This document shows, one piece after another, positions 39,341 through 52,000 of a stretch of DNA of 64,000 bases. The notes under the pieces were generated by a model that saw only the letters and a list, made by a program, of their open reading frames with translations, searched no databases and had not been told where the DNA came from. The position numbers were made by a program, and so were the translations under genes. Within the stretch, counting starts at the first letter, position 1; each line of letters begins with the position of its first letter. Origin of the DNA: Phoronis australis (taxonomy: Eukaryota > Animalia > Phoronida); the NCBI GenBank assembly GCA_002633005.1, contig NMRA01000720.1, positions 1 through 64,000 on the forward strand, given 5' to 3'.

Positions 39341-39376
39341 GTGCCATTAATCCAACGGTAACTGCAGACGGTGGAG
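39341..39376 (+). CDS. Stalk microexon B5 (xAINPTVTADGG), 36 nt
   Basis: tgatttgcag / GTATGT; phase 1-1. Confidence 0.75.
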
Positions 39377-40056
39377 GTATGTCATGTTTTTCTCCCTTTT
39401 AAACTTTGTTCCCGGAGTGGACTTCGGAATTTAAGATAGACAACACGTCGCTTTCACGTCGACAAGCATTAACATCGTAATTTTCTCAGTAATAGAATTT
39501 GAGTTGCTGTTCTAAACTGCAAATGTTCGCTATGGAGTTCAGTTGTTCCTTGTGAACTCTCAGAGTGATTCGTCCTATGCATAACAGCAGACACTTAGAT
39601 GTAAGTTAAACTGCATTGCTTTAAACCTGTTCAGGCTATTTTTGACATTTTGTACATTTTTCCAAATATTGCAGAAATAAAAAATGGGAAATTAGAATAT
39701 GTATATGTAAAATGTATTTTGCGATACATCAATTATGAATTAACTATTACTATCCATGTTAAGGTTTCGGATCGATCTAATGTTTTCACCAAAAGAGTTT
39801 GTGTTGCACGTTAGCTTTGTTTGTTTTGATACCTAAAAGACCTATCAAGGAAGCATGTCGATGCTATGAAAACCTCACTTTATTCACCTTTAACTTTTGA
39901 TAGTCAGTTCTGTTAAGTATGTCGAGTGCTTCGTGAAGTACAGCATAAGACCACCGTCAACATTTATTCAAATGCCTCTTGCATAACCCTGAACTTTCCA
40001 TCGCCTCTTTCTGTCCTCAAATTAAATTTGAAAGGTGTGGAGAAGGCAATGGTTCT

Positions 40057-40586
40057 ACTAGTTGAAGAGGATGCACTAGTTGAGTAGGATGCAGTAGTTG
40101 ATAAGGATGCACTAGTTGAGGAGGATGCACTAGTTGAGGAGGATGCACTAGTTGAGGAGGATGCACTAGTTGAGGAGGATGCACTAGTTGAGGAGGATGC
40201 ACTAGTTGAGGAGGATGCACTAGTTGAGGAGGATGCACTAGTTGAGGAGGATGCACTAGTTGAGGAGGATGCACTAGTTGAGGAGGATGCACTAGTTGAG
40301 GAGGATGCACTAGTTGAGGAGGATGCACTAGTTGAGGAGGATGCACTAGTTGAGGAGGATGCACTAGTTGAGGAGGATGCACTAGTTGAGGAGGATGCAC
40401 CAGTTGAGGAGGATGCACCAGTTGAGGAGGATGCACCAGTTGAGGAGGATGCACCAGTTGAGGAGGATGCACCAGTTGAGGAGGATGCACCAGTTGAGGA
40501 GGATGCACCAGTTGAGGAGGATGCACCAGTTGAGGAGGATGCACCAGTTGAGGAGGATGCACTAGTTGAGGCCGGAGGATGCACCA
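40057..40586. repeat. 18-bp minisatellite (gaggaggatgcacYagtt), about 29 copies in two homogeneous blocks
   Basis: Direct inspection. Confidence 0.97.
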
Positions 40587-41659
40587 GGCCTCCATATTGG
40601 GACGTGCCTATTTGCCGTGTTGCTTGAATGGTGCTGACATAATTGTAGATTTGTGTTTCTGTTAACTGATGTATTCACAAGTTCCCAAACAATAACTCAT
40701 ATCGTGCTTGATTGCAAATATTGGTCAGCCTCTCCCCTCAGACTGTTCTATAGACTGATGAATTGTTTCTCCGTGACTCTCTCCACGATTCAAACTGTAT
40801 GTGTCATCAGATGGATTTTCCTGCGTCGGTACCGTTTACATGGACCGGCTACACCTTCTTTTGCAGTTTACTAAACAGGAGGAACTTATCGAACGTCACA
40901 GACGTATTCTGATTAGGTCTTTTTATGAACAAGTTGATCACGTTTTGGTAGATCGTCATTTCGGAGCCATGGATTAGTTGCTGTGTACTGTGCGTGAATT
41001 TAGAATCTTGCTTAATCTCAAGATTGCGTATGCCTGATCTTGAAATTGATTATCAGATGAAGTTTTTGTTCAGCGTAAGGAATCTTTGTATTTATTAACC
41101 TCATGATCACCGATTCTCCCTTTTACCGCAACTTGTATCAAAGAATCGGAGGAATAACGTCGCCAATAGTTGGTCAAAATTTATGTTATTTTAATAAAAT
41201 ATAATCTGATTTAGTGTAGGGCAAATGTTTAACTACGTGGACGTTATTATTTGAATGAAGTCTCCTCGTGTATTCAAACTTCTTGCTTAGGCCATCTTGA
41301 GATGAAAAAAATTCCAAGTTCGCGCACAGCACCTGCAGAGCATACTTTTAGAATGTGCATGGTGGCGCTGTGCCCAAGTCATACAGGTTGTTAGTGGCCT
41401 GTCAAGACAGAGATTAGATCTACGGCTCTTGACCACTCAAACTAATGAGTAATAATCTAAGTTCCTCCACTTCCCCAAAACGCGTCGAGTGTCAAATATT
41501 AGAACTATATTTTCACGTCACGTCTTTCAGGTATCTGTTAATGGTTCACTATTGTCAAGATATAAAAAGTAGACATCTTTTTGTGACGGCAGTTCATCAA
41601 GCATTTCATTGCTTTAGTTTTTGCACCGACTGTCACTGATAAAAAGTAATGATTTGCAG

Positions 41660-41695
41660 GTACCATTAAGCCGACTGGAGTTGTAGGCAGTAGAG
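41660..41695 (+). CDS. Stalk microexon B6 (GTIKPTGVVGSR), 36 nt
   Basis: tgatttgcag / GTATGT; phase 1-1. Confidence 0.75.
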
Positions 41696-42077
41696 GTATG
41701 TCACTTTTCCTCCTTTTTATTCACATTGTTCACAGATCAGATTGGATTTCGGAATTTTGAGATAAACATGTTGTCTCTTTCAAGTCAAGCATTGCTGCAT
41801 AGCGTACGTTCAGAATTTGCATGGTGGCGCTGCAACTACAGTGTAGGTTGTGAGTGGCCAGTCAATTAAACAGAGATTAGATCTACGGCTCATAACCTCT
41901 CTAACTACTGAATGATATGTTTTTCCACTAACCCGAGGTGTGCTGAACGCCAAATATTTGAACCAACTTTTCGCGTCGCATCTTTCAGGTAACTACAAAT
42001 GTTTCAATTGCCAAGTTAAGAAAAGTAGACATAAGTCACGTATAGATGTGAATGCTGACGGAAGTAATGCTTTGCAG

Positions 42078-42113
42078 GTACCATTAAGTCGACTGGAATT
42101 GTAGACGGTGGAG
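42078..42113 (+). CDS. Stalk microexon B7 (GTIKSTGIVDGG), 36 nt
   Basis: tgctttgcag / GTATGT; phase 1-1. Confidence 0.75.
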
Positions 42114-44217
42114 GTATGTCAATAGTTTCTCCACTTTAGTAATCGTTTTGTTTACAGGCGAGATTAGAGTTCAAATTTTTTAGATTGTCAATACGTCGCT
42201 TTTACAACAACCATTAACAACGTAATGTTGTTCTCAACGCAGTTCGAGTTGTTGTTTTGAACTGTAAATCTTCTGTTACGAACTGACGTTTTCCTGACTA
42301 ATCGTCCTTGTGATTTGCTCTATGAATAACAGCAGACATTTATGTAAATTGAACCGCACTGCTTTCGACTTGTTCAAACTATTTTCACATTTTGTAAAAT
42401 TTCTCCAAATGTTGAGGAAATAAAAAAACGTGAAAATAGAATCTGCGTTACGCTGCGTTACTCTAGGAAGCCTATATCGTGAAGGGTCTTGTTTTCTGTT
42501 TAAGTTCGTTAACCTCTAAAATGTGTTGATGCAAAACGTGTTTCTATTAAAGGAAAGCATTTTTCCGTTTTGGTTTTTACTCCTATGCCTTTAGTTAATA
42601 ATTACCGTTTATAATTCGAAACTGCCTGTACACAACAATACCATGCAAAATAATATATTTCTTCAATTACAACTGAATTCTATTGTTGGATTTACTTTCA
42701 ATTTTTGAAAGCACGAGATCTTTCTATTTGAGTGTAATGTAATTTTTTGTCTTTTTCCCGTGACCTCCCTTTCCTTACTCAGTGCATTACATCACTCAGG
42801 TAGAAGGCAAATCCATCTTTCCTAGAAGTTTGTGACTTCTTTCTAAGATCTTACAATGCCCGAAAAGACTAAGGAAGTGATTATATTTCCATTTACATGT
42901 ATTCCAATTATTGTCATTTCTTTTCAATGGCAACTGCTGCACTCCGTGTTATGTGTTCTTGACAAGGTTAGATAGAGTTTCAATCGATATGCTTTTCCAC
43001 CGGTTCTTGGACATGGTCATTCAGGGGCCTTCTCAGACATTTGATATACATGTACAGATGTCTGATGAATTTACAGGCCATACATATGTTGAAGACTTGA
43101 TACATTGGTTCTGTACTTTTTATGCATCACGCTAAGAAGATTGGTCCATGTTGAATTTGTGGTCGACTTATTTTCAAATTTTGATGTGTCAGGCACACGG
43201 ACCTTTACCTGTCCTTTTATTATGAAAAGCAATGGTAGTCACCCACCGGATTAGTGTTTCCGTTACATCGGCACCATATCAGTAGAGGCACATCTGACGT
43301 AAATCTGCTGAACTTGCTTAAGTGGTCATTAAACTTTAGAGAACTAACTGACAGGTTTACTACCGTAAATGAATTTTTACTCAGTATGGGGTACGTATAG
43401 GGCAAGTATATTGGCACCACCTGATTTACGCGCCGATTCGACTGGGCCTACTTGGCCAAAGAATTATATCGTATGCGAAGCACCATGGGCGCATGTCAAC
43501 ACTTTAGTGTTGCTCTTGTTATTATTTTAAAGTGTCTTCCATACTCCAAGGATACATGTAGCCATGAAATCTCAAATGAGGGTGTCGATTGAGGTGGTCA
43601 GGCATGATGTAGGCTACATTTCNGGTACGCCACGAGCTATGTTGCAGAGTAAAACAAGAGGAGGATTGCGAATATTGTCATTTATTATGACGTAATAGAT
43701 AAAACTAACTAAGACTCTGCAAGATGGGCATGCAAAAAACGCCATAATGGCAGCACGGAATGCTGACATCGCCCATCTTTTAGTAAGACTTGTTTATGAA
43801 CAAGTTGAACACGTTTTATAACATCGTCCGCCCCATTTATTCTTTTCCGAGCCATGGGGTAGCTGCAAAAAGCGTAAATTTCAGAATCCGCGTAGTGGGG
43901 CTGCGACCAAGTCAAAGAGGTCCTCTGACCAGTCAAGGTTCGTGGACACAGTTAAGATCTGCGTGTCTTCGCTCTAACTACTGAACGATAAACTAATATT
44001 TTTTGCCATTTCCAAAATGAGCTGAATGCCTGGCGCCAACATTTCACGTCACTTCTTTCGACTTACATGTACACTGAAGTAACGACAGATGTTTCAATTG
44101 CCAAACTACATCGTGCATGTTTTGTGACGTAACTGTATCCTGACGGTCTGTAACGTTTCGCAACTTGGGTCTTCATATTTATCAATTATTATGACAAAAA
44201 CTAATTATGTTTTGCAG

Positions 44218-44253
44218 GTGCCATCAAGCCTACTAGACATGGAAACGGTGAAG
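44218..44253 (+). CDS. Stalk microexon B8 (GAIKPTRHGNGE), 36 nt
   Basis: tgttttgcag / GTGTGT; phase 1-1. Confidence 0.75.
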
Positions 44254-44420
44254 GTGTGTCAATATATTTCTCTAATCTAGCACTAACGTCTTCCAGTGTA
44301 GTCAGCACAATGTGAGATTTATAAGCCAAAGTATACCTACCGTTGGTGTGATACAAGCCATCTGAGTCACAGTTTTATAAACCAGCCTACATGACCTCCA
44401 CCTCTTGTTCTACTTTACAG

Positions 44421-44503
44421 CCTCAGCTGGATGCAAATATACTCCGAGCAAACTCGTACTTGGGGCAGCGCTTGTGATGGCAGTGATCTTTACTAGCGGA
44501 TAA
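44421..44503 (+). CDS. Ig gene terminal exon: GPI-anchor signal (ASAGCKYTPSKLVLGAALVMAVIFTSG*)
   Basis: Strong acceptor tctactttacag, phase 1. Small-residue omega region, spacer and hydrophobic tail, then TAA with no cytoplasmic domain. Confidence 0.85.
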
Positions 44504-44684
44504 TGCCTCATTTGGGACATTCCAACTGTCTTACAATACCACAGTCGTCTCCACGGCAGACAAGAATCTGCTTCAAAGTTAATGCAATACTACTTCCTAT
44601 AGAGCTCAGCTAAATGTTACAAGTGTAGTATTTATGATAAAGTAGCCTATTTCTTTTGTATGATGTTCATGTTTTTGTTCGTTA

Positions 44685-45167
44685 CGGCGTTTTCCCGTTG
44701 CTCCCAACTTGTTCGATTCTATAGCCCAACAACAAGTTGGGAAGTTTACCCCTGTAGCCAATATCTTACACGACTGATTAACTCCATTCTGGCATTTATG
44801 GTTGGATAATTGCTCTAATCTCCAATACCCTGACTGGGCTGTGCTATTAAAAATAAAAGTTAAGATATAACTTATTTGAACATAAACCAATAGCATTTCT
44901 GAAATCTTCGTGATCATGTCTAGTTTTTGAATCGCCGAAATTGCCCAACTGCAACCGAAGTTATGAAAATCTATTCCTTCCGAATACACCAATCACTCGG
45001 GGTTTGACTGTATTCACACGTGGTCTGTAATAAGCCTGGTAGATAATTGGCCAACTTGTTTTCACAGCAGACAAAAGAGTATGCTTGGCAGTTAACAAAG
45101 AAGCTAGATATTATCACGCACTCAGAATCCCCTATGTCTGGTAAAATCACTGAACGGGAAAACGCTG
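44685..45167. mobile_element. MITE, reverse-orientation relative of 30163-30691, in the probable Ig-gene 3' UTR
   Basis: Reverse-complement similarity to the 30.2-30.7 kb copy; same TIR. Confidence 0.75.
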
Positions 45168-46369
45168 TCATGTGAACGTCTTACTTATTATTATAATTCA
45201 CATTGTTATTCAGGCTCTGGAAATACTTGAAGTTGTGGATGTTTTTTTTCTTTGATGTTGACACCATTTGAAATTGCAAGAATTAATTACTAGATGATTT
45301 CTTTTCGTTTTTTGTTTATACTGATGTTCTTTCAAGCGTTGCAATAAAAGTAACGGAGGTACATACAACGTAGCTTAGTTCCGAGTGTGCGCATGCTCAT
45401 TCGATGTACTACACTGTCTAAGTAATGGTAGCTCTAGTCACCTCTAGATTTTCTGCTCAATCTATCCAGTCAAAAATTGTTCAAGTTACGGTAAGCCAGC
45501 ACTGTTGAGGATCACATCTTGGAAATTTTCTCTTTGGTGCTGTGTAACTGGTCCCTAATTGTACCCGATCTCAAATATACATAACATGATATTACATCTT
45601 AAATTTTGTCGGTGACCCTCAGTTCTATTTTATACAATAATTATTATTAATAACTAACACGCTGCGAAATGCCTGCTCATACACTTGGAACAGACAATGA
45701 TAATTCGTCACGCAACTACCGTTTTACGTATAAGGACAAGAGTTTTGTGTTCAGTTGGTTTATGACTCTTATATGAACCACGCATGGATGACCTTCAAAA
45801 TCTGCCGCTAGATAGAAAAAGTCTCCTCTGATTATCGAGTAGCCTTTGCAAACAAAACGAAAGTGAAACTCTTCGCCCGTATTACAAATGTGATATACTT
45901 CTTCTTGGGATATTTTTCGTCCTCCTATTTTTATATTTAACATATGGGTGCTGCACTTAAAATTTGTAACAGCAAATTTAAGTGACGGATGTAGCTTGGT
46001 AGATAAAAATCTTTCGCAATAAACGTCAATCTAGACATTACAGTAACAGTCGTATTTACCCAATTTTTCACAAATCAGTCATTTCTGTAACTTGCTTTAA
46101 ATTGACTAATAAATAAGTGGTCGTCACCTGCAACCTCGAACAACCTAACAAGACAAACTCCCGTTTTACTGATTAAAGTTTCACTCTAGAATACAAGATA
46201 CTTGCTCTAACACTTCATTGGGTAACATATTTTCTGGTATTTTAGCAAAGTTTAACCAATAAAATTAGTTTTATATGATGTGCTCAAACAGTGTCTGCCA
46301 CATTACGCACATGTAATATATGCACGTGAAATATATATGGATGTTTCATCTCCACTGCACAATTTACAA

Positions 46370-46520
46370 AATTGATCGTTATACTCCAAGATGGGGAGGA
46401 CTTTAGAGTAGAACACCTTCAATATAATTTTTGAATGTCTGCACCCGAGTTCAACTAAACAGTGTTTTATGATGTTAAGTGCTTTGGAGGCTTGTTGCGC
46501 ATGCGTTCTATAACATACAT
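46370..46520 (-). mobile_element. LINE RT C-terminal remnant
   Basis: QASKALNII...LKVFYSKVLPILEY resembles the post-RT region of CR1/L2/RTE-type LINEs. Confidence 0.45.
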
Positions 46521-48969
46521 TCCGTTTAATCTTGCGCGAAAACAATTTGGAAATATTTAATTGTTTTAATTCATTACAATTTCAGTACAATTTTTTCTAG
46601 CCAACGAACTCCCTCTCATAATCACCATTGCAATTGACTTGTCAAGTATAACACCAAGCATCCATTTACGGGGGAACGTTTCTAAGATGTTAATCTCATG
46701 TTGTAGACCAGTGGTATTGTTCTAAAACCACCTCCACCTCTGTACCCCACAAACCCCAAGACCCACAACCCCCTCGAACCAGTCTACACAAGCTGGGCTT
46801 GATTTGAGCATATAGAACAAGCGCTGACTTGCTGGACCAACGAGACGGGCCGTGAGCTCGGCTGGATTTTAACTGCATTTTTTGCAGTTAAGATAGTCGA
46901 TTCGGAAAGTTTGAAAGCCAACAACATAAAAAAGCAACCTCGACCAAATCAAAGACCTGCCAACCTTACAACTGTTCCCGGAAAAATGTGATCGTCTCGT
47001 GTGCTCGTCAGTGATTGCAGATTCAAGCTTTTTGGTGGAGAGAGCGAGGAACCCACGAACATGGAATCTCTTCGGTATATAAAAGTATCTCTACGTTACA
47101 TTGGGTATATACCGGTACATGTATTAAACGAGTTTACAACAGAAATCAAATAATGAAAATGTGAAATTCTGTCCATTCACGTTAACGTACTCTCCCTAAG
47201 TTTAGTAAAACAGGGCCATTTGCTAGCCGCTCGTGGAACTACATTGTATTTCCGTGACAACCATCGCATGCTCACAAATGGCTATTATGTTCATAAACCG
47301 CTTTCTGTTTTAACCACCAGACTTGAGCCGGAGCAGATTCGCGTTGAAGTAAATCTTATGGGGAAGTCATTGAGCGACTTAACACGATTATGAATTGTGT
47401 AAAAAGCGCAAAGATACATCTATTGCCACTGGTCGAGGGGGTTGTAGGTATTGGGGTCTTGGTGTGGAGGGGGGTTTAAAGCAACCCTGTATAATGTCAC
47501 AAAACTTTTTTCTTCGACAAAGAGATATGGATATCTTCAAAATCGGGACTTGCGAAGGTACTTCCTTGATATCCAGCCTTCGGCATGATAGCAAATTCGA
47601 TTATGTAGAGCACGAAACGCCCTGCGCATACAGCTAATTGTTCTGACTCTCTAATAACTATATAATAGAAAACTTGTGATAGTCTCTCAGAAGGCTATAA
47701 AGGTCCCCAATTCTAAACATGAAACTATGTACATGTAGTTTACACTAGTTGAAAATAAGTGTCTTTCTATTTAGATAATCAAACACCTCAGCGAAGTCGA
47801 GGTGAGCACAATAAAGCGACTTTACTTCACGACTTGTCAAGTGTTCCTCTGCCATTGTTTATCGACATGAATGTGTTTGAGAACTGGCTGTTCCTCGACC
47901 AGTACACATTTTTTTCGGACCATGAGGTCAATCTTGAGTTGAGAAGATGGACCATGAGGTCAATTTTGAGTTTAGAATGGACCATAAGATCAATCTTGAG
48001 TTTACAATGGACATAAAATTTTATCTTCAACCTTCAACTGTGACAGGTACACTTCTATAATTTCCCAAGATTTTTTTGGTTCCTTTTAAACAACGGAAAT
48101 CTAACACCTGTGGACCGTTAAGTAGAGAATTTGCCTGTAGAAAATATTTTATTGAACAACTTGCGTAATACGGGCAATATTTGGTTTGACACATTCTCCT
48201 AGAATTCATTGGATTTGCCATTTCTCGTTTTGCATAACTTCTCTCATTTCGAGTTTAGTCCACTAATGGGTGTTACCAAACGGGTTTCCCCATACGAGTC
48301 CCTGAAGCAAACTAATGCTCTATAATCCTCGACAACCCACAAAAATTAGGAGATTAATTTGAAAACTTTTACGGGCAAAGATGGCTTACGCTTTTGCCGA
48401 ATCGCAGTGCAGCTGTCATGTGGGAGGAGACCACCCATCAAGAACTAAGACATTTCTTACACAGGGAGTAAGAGTTTTTAGTTGACTCCTGTTTTTATCC
48501 ATTTTCACGAAAGACGTCGCTCTAGTCGGTTGGCGATATGAGTATGATAATACACGCAGTATTGGCTTACGTAGTAATTTTTTTTTATCTTTCAAGATAC
48601 ACGTAGTGTAGACGTCAATAATGAACTAGCAGGTGACAGAACGAGAATTGGTTGAAATCATCAAAACAGGGTTTAGAATTAGAATTAAACTAGTTTTTTT
48701 CTAATATTATCAGTGTGAGAGCAACTGACCTCTGCTTATAAAGACTGTCATCTTTGTTCTTGACCAGAACAAACTTTGGGGAAAACGGGCTTTTTAACAC
48801 ATACAAGAAAATGGCAGTCAATAGTTTAAAAATACTTTTCCCAGTTTATTGACAGAAACGCTACCTTCGAGTCTTATCTCGAGACTTTCTTTGGGTGGAA
48901 TGGCGGGTAACTGGAGCCGCACGTGTGACACGCGGTGTGACCTCTGTTGCATTGCCTTCTGTTAGATGA

Positions 48970-49060
48970 GTCGCCATTGAGTGGATTTCCATCGCTTCCC
49001 GTATCTTTCTGCACCAGTATTTGTACTCTCTCACCAAGCCGGTGGCATAATCCAATGAGA
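48970..49060 (-). mobile_element. Short GIY-YIG (Penelope-type) remnant
   Basis: VRE.KYWCRKIREAMEI motif. Confidence 0.4.
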
Positions 49061-52000
49061 TTTTGTGTGACGTCCCAAATTAAGTGTTGACCAATCGCTA
49101 ACACTGTACCAGTAGGTGTACCCAGGCTTTCCTAGCAGTCTCACCCACATCTCCTGTTTGTAGAGCTGCTGGGCACAGATAGTGTGTCTGTCGATAATAT
49201 TGAACTATAATGATGTTAACAGATCTTTCCCTAAATTTCAGCGATGTAGTACAGTGGACGAGTTTCGTCAGGCAAAAGACATCGCTAAAATATAAACATT
49301 TCGTAACTTTCAGCCCTGTTTGTTTTCGCCTTTTTATTTTACGGCTATTGATAAAAAATCTAGTAAGTGAAAGCTGATTGAGTGATTACCCATAATGCAT
49401 TAGTCAGATGTCACTCAAGCGATGTGCTGCATTAATTAAACTAGAAGATTGGCAGTATTGAGTTGTGTAATTTGAGCATTATTTTGATCTAAGTTTCAAT
49501 TTTACTAATTTGCGTTAAAGAGGCCTGGGGCGCGTAAAACAGACAAAAGTGCAATATTCAAAATGTTTCTCTGCCACTGAAACAGAGCTCGACCTACTCA
49601 TTAGGTATTTTTACGGTTTGCACCTAAAGATTTTTGAATTTTGTTCATATCAAAGCAATTTTCTTTTAGTTTCAATCTTCCAAAAAAGATCTGTCACGTA
49701 CTCATCACTACGTCGATTTTCCCTCACAAGGTAAAGCAGGTCTCCATTTTGTTATTGCAAAACATAGACATAGCAGATTTTCCTTAGATAGACCTTTGAA
49801 CTTTGATGTAAATAAAAGATTTACGACTTCAATCAACAGGCAGTCTTGTTAAGAGTCAATTGATATAAGTCCTACTAGTTTAAAATTAGTTATACTGTTA
49901 TCGCAGTATTCCAATATATTCTAAAGTGCCCTTGGAATAATTCTTGACAAATTTCTTGCTTCACTGGCTTGCCTCACACTGCGCTATCAACCTCAGATTC
50001 AGAGTTCAATCGCACATGGCAATCTTCCGAAATATACATCTTAGCAATCATCTGTTTGTCGAATGACTTTGAGCGCATGCGCAGAGTTATCATAAGTGGG
50101 ACTGGGAGATTATAGATACTTCATGGTGACTACAGAGTTTTTCCATTGCTGGTGTTTAAAAAATCGCGTTTGTTGTTTTTCTGGAAATTACCCACAGTGA
50201 AAAGTGGATTACGCTGCACAAGATGTTGCGAGATGGAACTTTGGCCAGGAATTGTATGAAAGATATACATTGTATTTGATAAGCTTTCGCGTTCCAAGCT
50301 TCTTTAAAATCCGTTCTATGATGAAGAGGAGAGAGAATCTTTAATTAAGTGTACACGTGAGCGTGTGCGTGGGCATGCGCGCACGCGTGTGTGTCTGTGT
50401 TCGTTGCCTAGCTGCAACTTCCCGTATAGAGATCCCCATTCTGAGATATACCCCAATGGCAAGGTACCAGGTGACGTGACAACGTGACTCCCTATGATCA
50501 TGGTGATGCCAAGAATTCTAGATGATTAATGTTTGGGAAAGATGTTTTCCACCTTGGTGGAAATATTTACACATGATTGGAAACAGTTTTCCCCCAGGTG
50601 CAAATACTTCACACCTGGGTAGTTTTTCCAAACATTGGGTGTTAATGTTTTCACCAGAGTGGTCATGGTTTTTACCTGTTAATACAAAAACGATGTTTCA
50701 ATACCATAGAAAAATAGTAACTGTGATAAAATTCGTGTCCCCTTGGGCCACCATAGGCTACGTGTAAAGAATGCTACTTTGACACCCTCACCGGTCCAGA
50801 TTCGACAGCACGACATCTGCCGGTATTGATTAAAGACACTGTACTCTTGTAGTTAAGTACATCGCCGCAGGCTGAAGATGTTATCATTCTCAGGATAATC
50901 AGACCCGCCATAAACACGCTGCCGGCGATACAACTATTTTTAAGTTTTCGCTTCGAAAATTTACCATATTATAGGAATATATGTATTATTATATATGGTT
51001 CGTGAAAAGTATATAATGCATGGTTAGGTTTTTGAATTTGGAAAATCAGACAATGAGAGTTGTGACTTTTACAACCTAAATTTTCGTGCCGTGTTATGCT
51101 CCTCGTTAATTCTGCAGGATGTGCAAGATAATTGGGCCATACAACCAAACTAACAGGCACTGGTTGGATTTTGAGGTAAGCCACATGTCATAGTACAATT
51201 GTTGTGGGTGAGTAGCTGTGCATCTGGATTTTGGCTTACATTGTAAGACATTTGTGTGCCTTTAAACTGGCGATGCCTTACCTAAGTGAAGTGACGACTG
51301 GAATAATAATTGATCAATCCAAGTGGCATGGTTGTGTGACAAGCAAATATCATACGCAACATATCTTGATAATTGTCAAATCTGTTTGAGCAAGTGAAGG
51401 AGTTGTCTCCCATTGTAAGGGTCACGGGTTCAACATTTTCTACTACACCACAAACAGCTGTGAATTTCAGACTAGTGCAAAATTATATGGTTAAGGGCTC
51501 GCACGTCACAAAACAGAGGTGTCCTTCAGAGAAACACAATTTCTTCGTTTCATCTGATATGACGATCCCCAGCAAGATCACTTATAGGTGACTGTTGTCT
51601 GCTAATGCGAACTCCCAGGGTTACCTTAACAAGGCCATGTTTAACTTACTTACGTATCCAGGTGCTACGGATGTGCGTTATGTCGATACAAACCTTAATG
51701 TTTGATTCGGATCCCGAAAATTCCCAAACGCGTGTGCCCTTAAATTGCTCAGCAATAATCGCCATCAGATGTTTTCGGCGAACCCAATCAAATTTTTCGT
51801 GATTATTAGGAAACATGGTGTAGAAAATTTTAGCCACCTTATTGTCGAACTCGCGCTGGTACAGCACTTGGCTGTTTGCTGCTGTATAGTCTAATTTAGT
51901 GCGCAATGCGTAGGAATAGTAATGCTCGTTTTTTAAGAAAATATAGCACCTATACATGTATTAGTGTTCTAGGTAAATTGATCCAACTGAATGTAATCAT

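Noticed and set aside
39964-40595. Ser-rich (ASSST)n and (LVHPPQ)n ORFs
   Set aside because: Antisense translations of an 18-bp intronic minisatellite. Mucin-like by chance and on the wrong strand for the Ig gene.
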